64,000 nt of DNA from Antedon mediterranea (lineage: Eukaryota > Animalia > Echinodermata), in assembly GCF_964355755.1 (NCBI RefSeq), contig NC_092676.1, forward strand, positions 26,058,871 to 26,122,870, given 5' to 3'. Every line of letters begins with the position of its first letter. The stretch's first letter is position 1. Positions 36,701 to 49,558 of this stretch are shown here, in pieces. Under the pieces are notes generated by a model. It was not told the DNA's origin and ran no database searches. It saw only the letters and a list, made by a program, of their open reading frames with translations. The translations under genes were made by a program, and so were the position numbers.

Positions 36701-39700
36701 TGAAAGGAAATTGAAATGGATTCCTTCTTTGTTTATGATACTTCTCCCCTTCTTCATCACTAAATCATTAAACAAATATACATCATTATCAATATTTAAA
36801 GAAAGAACTAAGAATAGCATGGTAAAGCTGTCTACACACTATCAAACTTTATGTGTATGTGCCCATAATATATGGACATGATGATGTCATATTACTACCA
36901 TATTTGGGCATATCACTACCGTATTCGAGCACACTTTTTTTTAGTCAAACTAGTTTGATAATGCAGACAGAGCTTTTAGTATTTCCTGTAAAACTCAACT
37001 GGTTGGCTATAGAGAGGCCTGCATACAGACCAAAAGTCAACACTGGGAATATACCTGGGGCCAGACATAAAGTACGGGTGGGATTAGACCTGAAGTGGGA
37101 TCATACCCAAGGATATACGGTACTAAATCAAACTTAATATCATACCTCATGGGCCTGTGAGTGGACACAATGTAGTCTGGTTGATCGTTCTTGTACATCA
37201 GTCTAGGCTTGACTTGAACCCACATCCATTTTCCAACCTTGCGATACAAACGAAAATAGCAGTAGTCGATATCTCCTTTGCGAAGCACTATGAAAAAAAA
37301 TTATAATTAAATGATACAGAAATAATTTTATGTTAAGTTTGTCAACAATTTTAAAATCAATACAAAGAGAATATAAACCAAAGACTCTGAAATGTGCAAC
37401 ACAAAATATTTCTATAAATCTCTATGTTATAGATCTGATTTAGTACCCAAATGGGCATATGTCACATTGCTGTTACTAGGATAGGTATATTTGTATCTTT
37501 ATTATATATTCATTCCTATTTATTAGAAAATGTTACAAAAACAAGTAATGTGCCCATATACGGACATGATGATGTCATATCACTACCATATTTGGGAATA
37601 TCACCACCATATTTGAACAAATCACACTTTTTTTTGGTTAAAATATTTTAATATTGTAGACAGAGCATTGATAATCACTATCACTAAATAATATTATATC
37701 AATAAAGTACCAATCCATGATATTTGAAAATACCACTTGTGTGCCGAACAGGAAGATTCCAACGGCCTTCAACTTCTACACAGGCATCAGGACACCCTAC
37801 ACTTCCTGAGCCTTTCCTGACATTTTCCCAAAGGTATAGCTTATTTGGCCACGAAAACATTATTTTGAAACTGGTGCATACAAAGGGCGCCTTACAACAT
37901 TATATGCAAACTACATGTATTGCCGTTTAAATTGTATTTATTTAGGTTATGTTAAAGCACCATGCTTGAGGGTAGCTCATAAGCCAACTCTAATTACAAC
38001 GAAAACCTAAAAATATGTCCTTGGTGACACCGGATTTATAGTTAAGATTACCGGTTCTCAAAATTTAAACGTATCATAGGTATATTGGTAAATTTAGGAC
38101 GTTGACGAAAAATAATTTTGATATCAGATTAGTGGTAGAGTTTTTTAATTAACAATTTAAACTTTCAATTCTGGTATATTTAGATTCATTATATGCTTAC
38201 AGTTATTATGGAGGTCAGAGAGGTAAATCAAATCTTCATAATGTATGTAGTGATACCCTGGTAACTGAATCAGCTCTAACTCGCTGTAGCCCAACACTTC
38301 AATACCCCTGCAAAGAAACAGAAATATATGCTTTACTGATTTATTGACTTATGTAAGTACAAAAACAGATAAAAACGAAACCAAAAAGGGGATTTAAATA
38401 CTGAGGAGGGGGGGGGGGGGGCTCTTCTTGAGGTCATGTGTTCAATTCTTCAAACAGTGCCACTTTAAGTCTCACAATTTTTTATTTAGAAATAAAGCAT
38501 AAGCTAACGCGTGGTTCCAACTAGCACGTAACGAAAGCGACTTCCAATAATTTTGTTTGCCCCTTGCTGTGCGAAATCAAATCTGCTTGTTGCACGTCAA
38601 ACCGATTTGATTTCCCTTAGCGATGTTGGAAGCACTGTTGCATTGTCGGTTTCCATTTGTGATTATGCAATACAGGGGGTTACCCCGGTGAACTGGTTCA
38701 CACAATAGCCCCTGTATCAGGGGGATTACCACCTATCTGATAGGACAGTGATTAATTCACTATTGGTAATCCTTGGCCACATTGCCTAAAAACATAAAAA
38801 AAAAAAAAATAAAAAAAAAAAAAAAAACATTGCGTCAATACATTGCATTGTCGCGCTTTACATAATATTGGTGTTTTAACCCTGTTGTTGAATGTAACAA
38901 CATAGATTTCCAGGAGTGGTCCAGTTATACATAAAGTCCTGATGATGACATAATATATGATATAAGTGCTAGAAATATTTACTTTTGGTATCCACTAGCA
39001 AATCTAATAGCATATTTCTAGTTTGCTAGGGTGGATTTCAAGCTCTGTGATATAAATACATTTTGCAGCCTTTATGGACCACGAGGCCCAGAAGAATATT
39101 GGTATATAAATAACAACAATAACATGGAAAATAATACTGCTTCTGAAATAGTTCACTGTTTTGTTTACTTAACCCAATTTGTCAACAGTTGAACTATGAA
39201 TAATGTGCCTACTCTAACTAGTCACGTTTCAATTAAATACTGCAACATGTAATTAGGAAGCTAATAATTAAAAAGAGTCATATAACATGTCTCTCTTTTA
39301 ATAAATTACCCGTAACAAACCAGAAACATTCAAACTAATTAGATGCAAAATATAGGGCCAATCAGGAAGTATTTTAACAAAATTAGCATTTCAAATTCTG
39401 AAGATTTTATCAATAACATTTCATGTAGAACATGTGTATTGTCCCAATAGACAATTGTCCCTCCCTTAAACAATATATTTAAATTAATTAGAGGCAATAT
39501 ATAGGGCCAATCAGGAAGTATTTAAACAAAATTACCATTTCAGATTCACAAAAAATGTATCAATTACATTTAGAACATGTGTAGAGACAATTATTCCTGT
39601 CTTAAACAATAGCAGTATTACATGAAACTAAATACATATGTTAATTTTGTAAGAGTTTTATTTCAGTATTGTGTTTTGTCTCCGGCCTATTTAAAAACAT

Positions 39701-42700
39701 TATGAGTCAGTACCATCATGAACCTATATTTAAGTTGCAGCGTTCAAAACACTGAATCCCATTGAGATTATATCAAAGAGTAAAATGATCTTCAAATATT
39801 AAGAGACTCCTTAACCAACAATCTTTGTTATTGTTAATTAAGCGTAACTAATCTAATTTTAATTAGCATAAGATGAAACTTTTACACTTACATTTTATCG
39901 GTAGCTAAGGGCTTAAAGGACAGATCGTGCTTTGTACGGAATATCGTGTTCCTGATGTGGATTTCTACGATAGAGTACTGTTCAACAGGGCAGGCTAGGG
40001 CGAACAAGGCTAATTCCGGCGGGTCTTTGTCGATGGGGATTCCGTCCTTTCCGCGCACACGTTGTCCGTGAAGAGGTCGTAGCTTTCCCGAAAACTTGAG
40101 TTTCTAAATATAAAACCATAATATAATTAGCGTATTAATTTTGGCAACATGAATAAAAAATTGTTAGCAATTAATGTGTTATACATATTGAAATGATATT
40201 TTATATCACAAATTTATTTTATTTCAACATACAGTAAACAAGACTTTTATAAGGAATTGACATAATAAACATATTCTAATATATGGTAGAGCCCCAATTA
40301 ATTTTTCCCCTGAATAGGAATATAGCCATAGTACAATTATACAAATGACTAAACAAAGATTTGAACCAATAACCCAGGATTTGACTTCTGATATATGGTA
40401 GATCCCCAATTAATGTTATACTTCTGTATTTCAAACGTTTCCCCTTAACAAAATAAAAGATACAATTATACAATGACTAAACAAAGATTTGAACCAAAAA
40501 CCTAGGTTTTATAGACCACAATATGTGTACCAATTTCATCCACCGTTCACTTCTTACCAGAAAACCTGAAGACTCATCCAAGAGGCATCGAAAACGGCAT
40601 TCAAAGTTCCGATTTACACTATCATTGTAATCTGGAAAAAGGGGAAAACGATGATATTAACAGAATATTAAATATGAATTATCGGTTTGTTAATTTTTTT
40701 CTATGTTAATCATGGTTTAATGAAGAATAACCAAATACAATGAACGAACATCTGTTAATGCACTATACCATATTAAGCACAGTGTATCACGTTTAATGCT
40801 TATCTTTCATGATTATCGTTTATCATTTCTGAAAGGGATGGTCGTTCTCTCACAACTAAACATAGATTATTATTGTATAATTTTTAGTATTACATGGTGT
40901 ATAGATTTTACAATCTATATAGCACAAATGTAAATATATTGTAAAAACATCTGGTATGTTCAACTACTGTATGTTGTACATTATTAATATGTACAACATA
41001 TAACATCTGTAGGCCTACATTAGAAACATATTATATATGCATAATGCGGATCATTATTATATAATTTTTAGTTCTAAAATGGCATTAATGTTATACTATC
41101 TATAGCATAAATGTAAATATAATGTAAAAACATCTGACAAGGTATGTTCAACTACTGTATGTTGTACAAATATGTACAAAATATAACATCTGTAGGCCTA
41201 CATTAGAAACATATTCTATATGCATAATAAATGACTCAGAGAGTGGAGTACTGACTCATTATAAATGGGCTTAATGTCAACCACATATGTTATAAACATA
41301 ATTGCAAATAATAGTTGGCAAGGAAATGTGTACATTAACGATTTGAGACACTGTGGACGATTAATGATGATGGGTGAGCACATTCGTAGGCATTTAGAGT
41401 GATGCTATTAAAATTAGAAATTAATAAATTTAATCTGTAATCATTTGCATTTTAGAAATACAATGTCTATGTATGATATAATATAATATGATGGACCCCA
41501 CATTTTAAAGCTGAAGCTTCCAGTGGGGTAGCCCTTTTCTCATTTATTATGTATTTTAGAAAATATTTATCTTTACTTTGTTTTTATTTGAGAAATAAAA
41601 TGTATTATTGATGATATTGATGATGTTCTTGTAATACCTTTAATACCTATATTGTAACAATTCAGCTTTTGCTGCAACTACAATTTTGTTTTAATAAATA
41701 AACCTTGAATAATAATAACAACCTGAGATTCCAAGCTTCTCATCAGTTACTACTACCTAAAAAAGTCAGGGTGATCAAAAATCAATTAGGTTCTGAATAT
41801 CCAACTTAAAGGGCAAGTCCAGGTTTAACTTCTGTGCTCATAGCAATGTACATCTAAAAACTTAGAATTTCCCTTTAATGATTTTATACAAAATGACTTT
41901 TCTTATTTTTAAATAAAGTGTATTATAAAATCATTCAAGCATAATAGCCATTTATCTGTCAAAACAACAGTCACATGGTACTGTGATGTCACAAATTAAG
42001 AACTCTTCAGAAAAATGCTGGTGAAATGCCAAGTTCCAGGGTCCTACAAGTGGATTGGACGGAAGCCATGTACATCACCATAGTGTAGCATAAAATAAAA
42101 TGTTTACTTCGGCTCTTTTTCTTTAGCTGTATCTACACTATCAAACTAGTTTGAAAAAACAAGCATGATGTGCCCAATTATGGTAGTGATATTCCCAAAT
42201 ATGGTAGTGATATGATGTCATCATGTCCATATATGGGAACATCACATTTTTTTGTCACATTAAGTTTTAAAACAGGTAACATTAGTATTCTTAAAAACTT
42301 ACGCATGAGTGAGGCCGCCTGTAAATCCTGTGCCATGCAGTCAGACGACTCGGACATCGGAATTATAGGATCTGCGCTCATCTGCTGTCGGAAGTTCAAG
42401 CGGTCATCCTTATGAATCAACTCAAATACACATTGGTGCATAACATCAGCCTATGTAAAAAGCGCAATATTACATACATTATAATATATTAACAAACCTA
42501 AATATATTCTTGTCATTTGGTTGGACGATTGTGGGTCATACAGCATTACTATTAAACGACCGTGTGATAGTAGGCTTCCTTTTAACATTTTTTTAATGAA
42601 AAAAATCACTCACATTCACATAACGTATGTTTATTGTTTATTTATAGGATTGAAGCCGATTTTAAATTTACTATACTATTGCATTGGCATATATCATAGG

Positions 42701-45700
42701 CCTAGTCTTATGAGTGGTGGGAGTGCTATCACTTGTCTAAAACACGCCTAAAATCTCTCACAGTACACCACTTACAACCTACAAACTTCTACACACTAAG
42801 GTCGTGTTTATACAACACCCTAAATTTGAACACGGCTTAAATTTTTAGCGTGTTGTTCGGACCGAGGTCAACCCACCTTAACGTTTGCTGTTATACTAGA
42901 AATCACGATACCGTGTTGTACCGGAAGTTTCATCAACACGCAGTGCATGCTAGGATAAAAGGTCAAATCGTTGATCGCTTGAATTGAATTGTTGGCTGGG
43001 TTGTTGTCAACAAATCATCGTTGCCTCCTCGCTGTCCGATGTATTCGCGCGGTTTTTACCATTTTCATTATTGTATTCGTTCACGTTTGCATTGTTGTTT
43101 ATTTTGTTCTCGGTTCATTTAAATTGATAAAAGTTATTTTAAGGGTTTCATTGTTTCATCTATACACTATGGAAGAAGATGTCATTTTTGCGATGTTATT
43201 TTTTATTCTGTTTGGAGTGGGAAAGGATAGTCTATAGAGGCCTACTACCACTACGAGTTGGCCCTACCAGGCTAGGCGTAAGACGTAGTAGGAGGATGAT
43301 TGCTGGCAGCGAAGCAGCAATAAATGGGCCCAATCTTGTTAGACGTCGCATGACATGATTGATATTACGACCTGTTTTAACGAGAGGTCAAAATATACCC
43401 TGAGGACACTTCCAACACGGTAACGGCGACCGGGAATCCACCAAATTTTAGGATTCAGCCAAGTAGCCTTTTTTGCAATTAAAATCTCATTACACGGAAT
43501 CTCTTTGTTGTTATACAACACACTTCTCGTAGGCGTGTAGAATATGCGTGTAATAGCGTGTTGTATAAACGCGCCCTTAGATACAAACAGCACACCTGTC
43601 ACTAAATGTGTTTAGGAGTGCAATTTTTAAGGGCTGGTATTATCTACATATAAATTTACGTAAGGGCAAAATTCGGTAAATCGCGCCTTATTTCTAGAAT
43701 TTTTACTCGATGGTATACAAAGTTGGTTCGTACTTTCGGTACTGATTTTAACCGCCTGATGTAACCCTGTTTACTAATTAAATTAAGTTAGATAATTAGT
43801 TATTGACGATTAAAACGAATTTAGGTTCAACGATTTGCCCCAAATAGGGGTGTTTTCCGATGGTGGTATACACTGTCTAATGGATGTCCATTTTGAAAAA
43901 TACCCGCCACAAAAATGCGAGGAGGCTTCGCATTTTCCTATCTCCTCCTACGATAATTGTTTTTAATAGCTGAAAACCGGTTGAACAGCTCGAGTACAGT
44001 ATCATAATGTTGAAGACAGGCCGATTTTCTTAAAAAATACTATTTTGATAGATTTAATATACGTTTATACAAATGTATTGATTTGCGATGAATGGAACAT
44101 TCCAATCTCTGTGTCGTTCCACAAGTGTCTATTCCCTCAGGCGTCGTAAAGGCAAGTACTGTATACTCATAACAGAAATTCGATCCATTTTTTTTTCAAT
44201 CTGTGCTGCAGAGGTTGGATATAGATTTTTTTTAACGGATAATGAGCTAGCGTTTCAGTCGCCGTATATTATGTACAAATCTTTATTATTGCAGTTAAAC
44301 CACCCATGTGACATCATCACCCTTCCCTCACTGGCATGAGTAGCGTTGTAAAGCCAGTAGAGGAATAGGCCTACGGTGCATCACATGCCCTAAATGCAGA
44401 ACAACTTTGGTGGGTAGGGTTAAGGAACCAACTTAAGTATGAATTGGCTCTAAGAAACAATTGAAAACCATTAGGCCTACTAATTAAGTTGAGTTAGATG
44501 ATTTAATATTTATTGACGATTAAATCGAATTTATGATTTGCCACGAATAGGGGTGGTTTTCACAAATTGTTTTACATTATATAAACATATTATACACGTC
44601 GTAGTGATGTATCGTTACATGTACTATACTATTTCAATCGACTAGGACGGTTATAGTTTCAACAAAGTATTACATCGCAATGTTTTACTGTGTTTAGTGG
44701 TATATTATTTGTAAAACATGAAAACAATTAATATTTCGTTACTACATGGATAAAGAATATATTTAAAAAGTGTTCCTCTTTGCACCCATCCTCTTCCCCA
44801 TCCCTCAACCCTAATGTTACATACAAAACACAAATTAAGTTTGTTTAAATTTGACTTAAACAATTGGTCTCATTTTGTGACAAGTTTCTCTTTCGGAAGT
44901 AATTCCCAGGGTGCTAATTTTAGTTCAGTACATAAATCACAGTGTCTATTTATTCGTTCCTGTAAACGACATGTATTATTTTCCTGCGGTACGTACATTT
45001 GAAATCGCCAGTTTTTTAACGTTGAAATTATTATGTATTCGAGAACCATCTGTGGGCACGACCTAGATGGTACGCGAGCGCGTACCATCTAGTTAGTTCA
45101 ATTTTAACAAATATCAAGACGTTTGCGATAAGATAGCACAGTACATCATTTTTTTCCCCATTCATGTAGATAAAGCCCTTGAACAAATATAAAGTTGTGA
45201 TTTAATTATTTACCATTATTATTTAATAATAATTCTTTAAAATTTTCAATTTGTTATAGCTAACTGTCTGTCAAGGCCAGAGATTGGATTGATTCATTTA
45301 GCATAAAATTAAGTAGTTTTGATGCTTGATAAATGATCAATAAGGTAATTTATAAAGACAAAGGAAATCATTAATTTCTGGTATAAGCTTCCTGGAAAGG
45401 TCAAAGCTTGACATTATTATAGTGAAATAGTTTAGACTAACTTAATTTATTACTACTGTGTATTTACATATACTGTACTATACTAGTTTCTATAGACTCA
45501 TATGATAAGGCAAAGCAAAATCTAAATTTAAAATGAAAAAGAAAGGATTTTAGGTTCATGTCACTTGTCAGCACTTCATTTTAGAATGTTTAGGCCTAAC
45601 TCCCTCTATTCCAAAATTCTAGATTCGCCACTGAGATTATAAGTTTCTTTTATTCATCCATAAGAAGATATAGTAACAAGAAATATTTCTTACAAAAAAC

Positions 45701-48700
45701 GCTGCTCGCTTATTGACGTAACAGTTTTAAAGAAATATTTTTTATTTCAAATTTGTTTTTGAATGTGTCATTTTATTGTCACATAATAGTTATTTTACCT
45801 GAAAAAAATGCAAGAAATACTTCAATTGTCTGTCAGACAATGTGGTTTTTGAGTTATAATTAAACGTTTCTTTTCTCTTTCTATAATGTGAATTTTGTTA
45901 CAGAAGTGAATAACTTTGATATGAAACAGACTCAATTTAGTTTATTTTATTGCTAAGGTCAACTCTGGGGGTCACTTCATCATGCCTTAGATACTTCAAG
46001 TGTGAAGTATCATATTACAAACAAAAACTTTCATGGACTGTTTTGATAATAATTCAATGATTATCTGACAGCGAAATACAGTATTATCATGGGACTCATA
46101 AATACCAGAAATGCAGCTGCTACCTATAAATTATAGTGGAGTTTCCATTTTAACAAAAATGTCAAAGTGTAGTACTATAACTGCTGCTTGATTTCATCTA
46201 ATTAATGAGTCATCTCGTGTGACGTAGCGGGCTAGAGCAGCAGCGTGAAAAGCATCAAAAACATCAATATAACAGAGTGAAATATAGACAAGGAAGGAGA
46301 AAAAAAAAGCAACTACATGCCTATCGAGCTCAACTTCCATGAAGTTACTACTAGTTACTAGTTGAATGGTAAATAATTTACTGAAGGTAAAAATAGTTTC
46401 AACTGCATAATTTATCTAATTAATTATTTTCAGATACACATTCAGAAATAAAACAAAATCCAAAAAACACAATTTGAACTTTTTTGGAGAAACATGATAA
46501 ACAATGTTTGCTGATGATGCAATGAACTGATGTAACTGACAAATGTAACAGAACTTGTCCCACAAAGCATCATCATGAATGTCACAATGTTTGTGGTGTG
46601 ACTTGCAATTGTGACAGGCCAGCACCATCAAGTCTGAGCAGACCAGCGATGGGGTACATACTCAGCAGATGAACCAACAGCTGTGAGAACGCATTTGAAA
46701 AAAGAAATGGTGATGTATGGAAACATACCACTAGAAATCAACAAAGGAAAAACCAACCTGTTTGAATATGTTTATCAATGATATGGTATTGCCTAGTCAT
46801 AGGTTAGGATGATGTAACAGAGATTTGCCAAGCCTCAAGCCAAACAAATGATGACAGGAGGAAGGGGTGCAATTGTGATGTCAATGCTTAAGCCTTGCAA
46901 AACAGCAGGCTTCTCTTGATAAGATGACAGAGGGGAGACAAGTGTGATGGGTTTGATAACATTAAACCTCCCGACTCACTGTTTAGACCCTTCCTAAAGT
47001 TTAAACAACCCCCACCTCCCCTCTCATTAAATTTGATTTTATTGAATGTGATACCATAAAGGAAGAACAAACACAAAGAACAAACATGCAATCATTTTTA
47101 TGGGATTTATCCTAAGGGGCCGGCCGCCTAAAAGATGGTTAAAAGAGCAAAAAGATATAATATTATCCTACAATGGATGCAAAATCCTATAGAAGGGACA
47201 GGTGACTAAAGGAAAGGGTACACATTAATAACAGTCATGCAAAATTTAGTGAAAATGCCTAAATAGACAAACACAAACTATAGCAAGTAAAATACTCGAT
47301 ATTCAAACTTGTACTATTTACATTTGTATTGTTTACTAGCGTCGCATAAAGACAACAAAAATACAGGCTCGAAATGAACTTTGCATAGTGCATAATATGA
47401 CTAAGGCATTAATGTTTTATTGCTTTATACTCCTGGCTAAGTAGACAAGATGGAATCATCATATGAACCACTACAACAACAGGTACCAGCTTAATAGAAT
47501 ACATGTCAGTTTAAAGCAGATTTAAAGAGCATATCTTAAACAGCAGGTAAAAGTACTTTAAACTAACATTTAACAAGAAACTTGTACTTGACATTACTCT
47601 TGTGTGGTTGAGTGGTTAAGGTCAATCTTATTGCGTGTGTTTGGGTTCGAGTTGAGCATTGGCAAGTGATCAACTCTGCCACAATATATTGTACAGAAAA
47701 CTTAACTTTGTAATTAATTGTAATATTTTTGAGGTGAAAATGGTTAACCGTAGTTTTTAATATTATATAAAGTTATAAATTAATACTTGGTGTCGCATAA
47801 AAAATAATGATCATAATAAAAAAGTATAGTTAACTTTGATGAAATAATATTTTACCATTTACTTCTGCTTATGAGACAAGTGGGAATCAAAAACATAGTT
47901 TAAAGATGTACAAAATAAACAAAAATACGCAATTTTAATGTCACATATTTATCCACTTTTACCAAAAATTGGATTGAAAGTAATATTATTTACCTGAGAA
48001 AAAAAAAGCAAATAAATACCGTAGCCAAAAGTTTTTGATTGAATTTAACCATTTATTTTGTTAAAGTTAAAATACTATTTTCCTAATTTTTTCTCTGAAA
48101 GTAATAACCTTTTAGTATTAGTCTGAGTTTTCATGTTTTTGGGGGACAATACATCTTTAACTAGAGCACTTATCAAACTACTATATATAGGAGTGCATCA
48201 TTGATTCATAACAACAATGTTTCTCATTGTAAATATAATTTATAATGCTTGCGAAATTGTACGTACATCTTGAAATCCCAGGTAATCCTGTATGGTACTT
48301 GATACATAGAAGATCTGGCCGTTCTGTTGAATGACTATCACAAACCCATTCAGAGCCTGCAATGAAACATAACAGTGCATTCATATACTTTAACTACTGT
48401 ACAATATCTAAAGGCACTATAACTGCAATTGTTTTAAAATATTTTTTTGGCAATAGGTCCATATAGCATTTTTTTTACATAAAATGTAGTGTGAAAAAAT
48501 GTAGACCCAGTATCTTTAAAATAAAACATGACCTGCATACAAAAATAATTGGTAAAAACTGACGAAAGTCGTTATTGATGTTGTGCCAGCATATTATCCC
48601 ACAATGGGCTTACTATTGAATCACTAGCATATTATTACATAACTTCATCAGGAGTGACTCATTATAAAGAGACAGGTAGTATACAAGTTACAGACAAATG

Positions 48701-49525
48701 GATAAACATTGAATGTATAAAGATAATTTATTTGGACCCTTGGGACGATATTACACAGTTGTTTTATAAAATAGTTCATCTACTAAGGAAACACTATCAC
48801 TATGTATTACTAATATAAAGATCAATATCTTTTAATATTAAAACCATTGAGTCTGTTCTCATTAGTAATTGGCAGGTTAATTCTGATATTGACCCAATCA
48901 AGGAAGTGAGAAATCATCCTCACTCATAAAATTAAACACAGTTTTATCCCTATCAAAGGTGTTTTAAATTATTGGCTATTAATTTAAATTTTGATGAATA
49001 TGAATATGATTCAATAAAAATCAAATAAGAAATTGCAATGGAGTTGTGCCCTTTTAGTAGAAACTAGGCCATGTCAGTTGTTACGGCAACTCGTATCAAT
49101 ACTTCTAATCACTCAGGCAATTGGTTCACGGTGATTTCACCACAGGTGCGCCAGGCCCTCACTGTGCCTCCGCTAAAATAAGATCAACGTGACCCTGGAC
49201 AGAGTAACTGGGTTGCAAGTTTCAAGGCCAAACAACCCTGGCAATGAAAATGACTGGTACAAGAAGTACATGGCTATGAATATGATGACAACTTTTGATA
49301 AATTACATTTACTGAATCAATTTATTATATCTTTTTATTAGCCAAAAATATGCAATATTCTTGATTCCTTTTGGGCAATAAAAAAAAATAGGACAAACGA
49401 TTAAAAAATATAAAATCATCTGACTCTTATAGCCGATTCTTATTTACTTTAGCAATCCCTGACCAATTCATCTCTTTATTGGTTATCCGCAACGAAGTTG
49501 CAGGATAACCTCTTGTGATTGTACG

Positions 49526-49558
<33 letters not shown>

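Noticed and set aside
11996-47640. XRE-like TNGCGTG/CACGCNA sites (about 11998, 16433, 29988, 47631) suggesting AHR regulation of GLT1 or autoregulation
   Set aside because: There are only a few, scattered in coding sequence, repeats and introns, not clustered at the promoter; this is compatible with chance.
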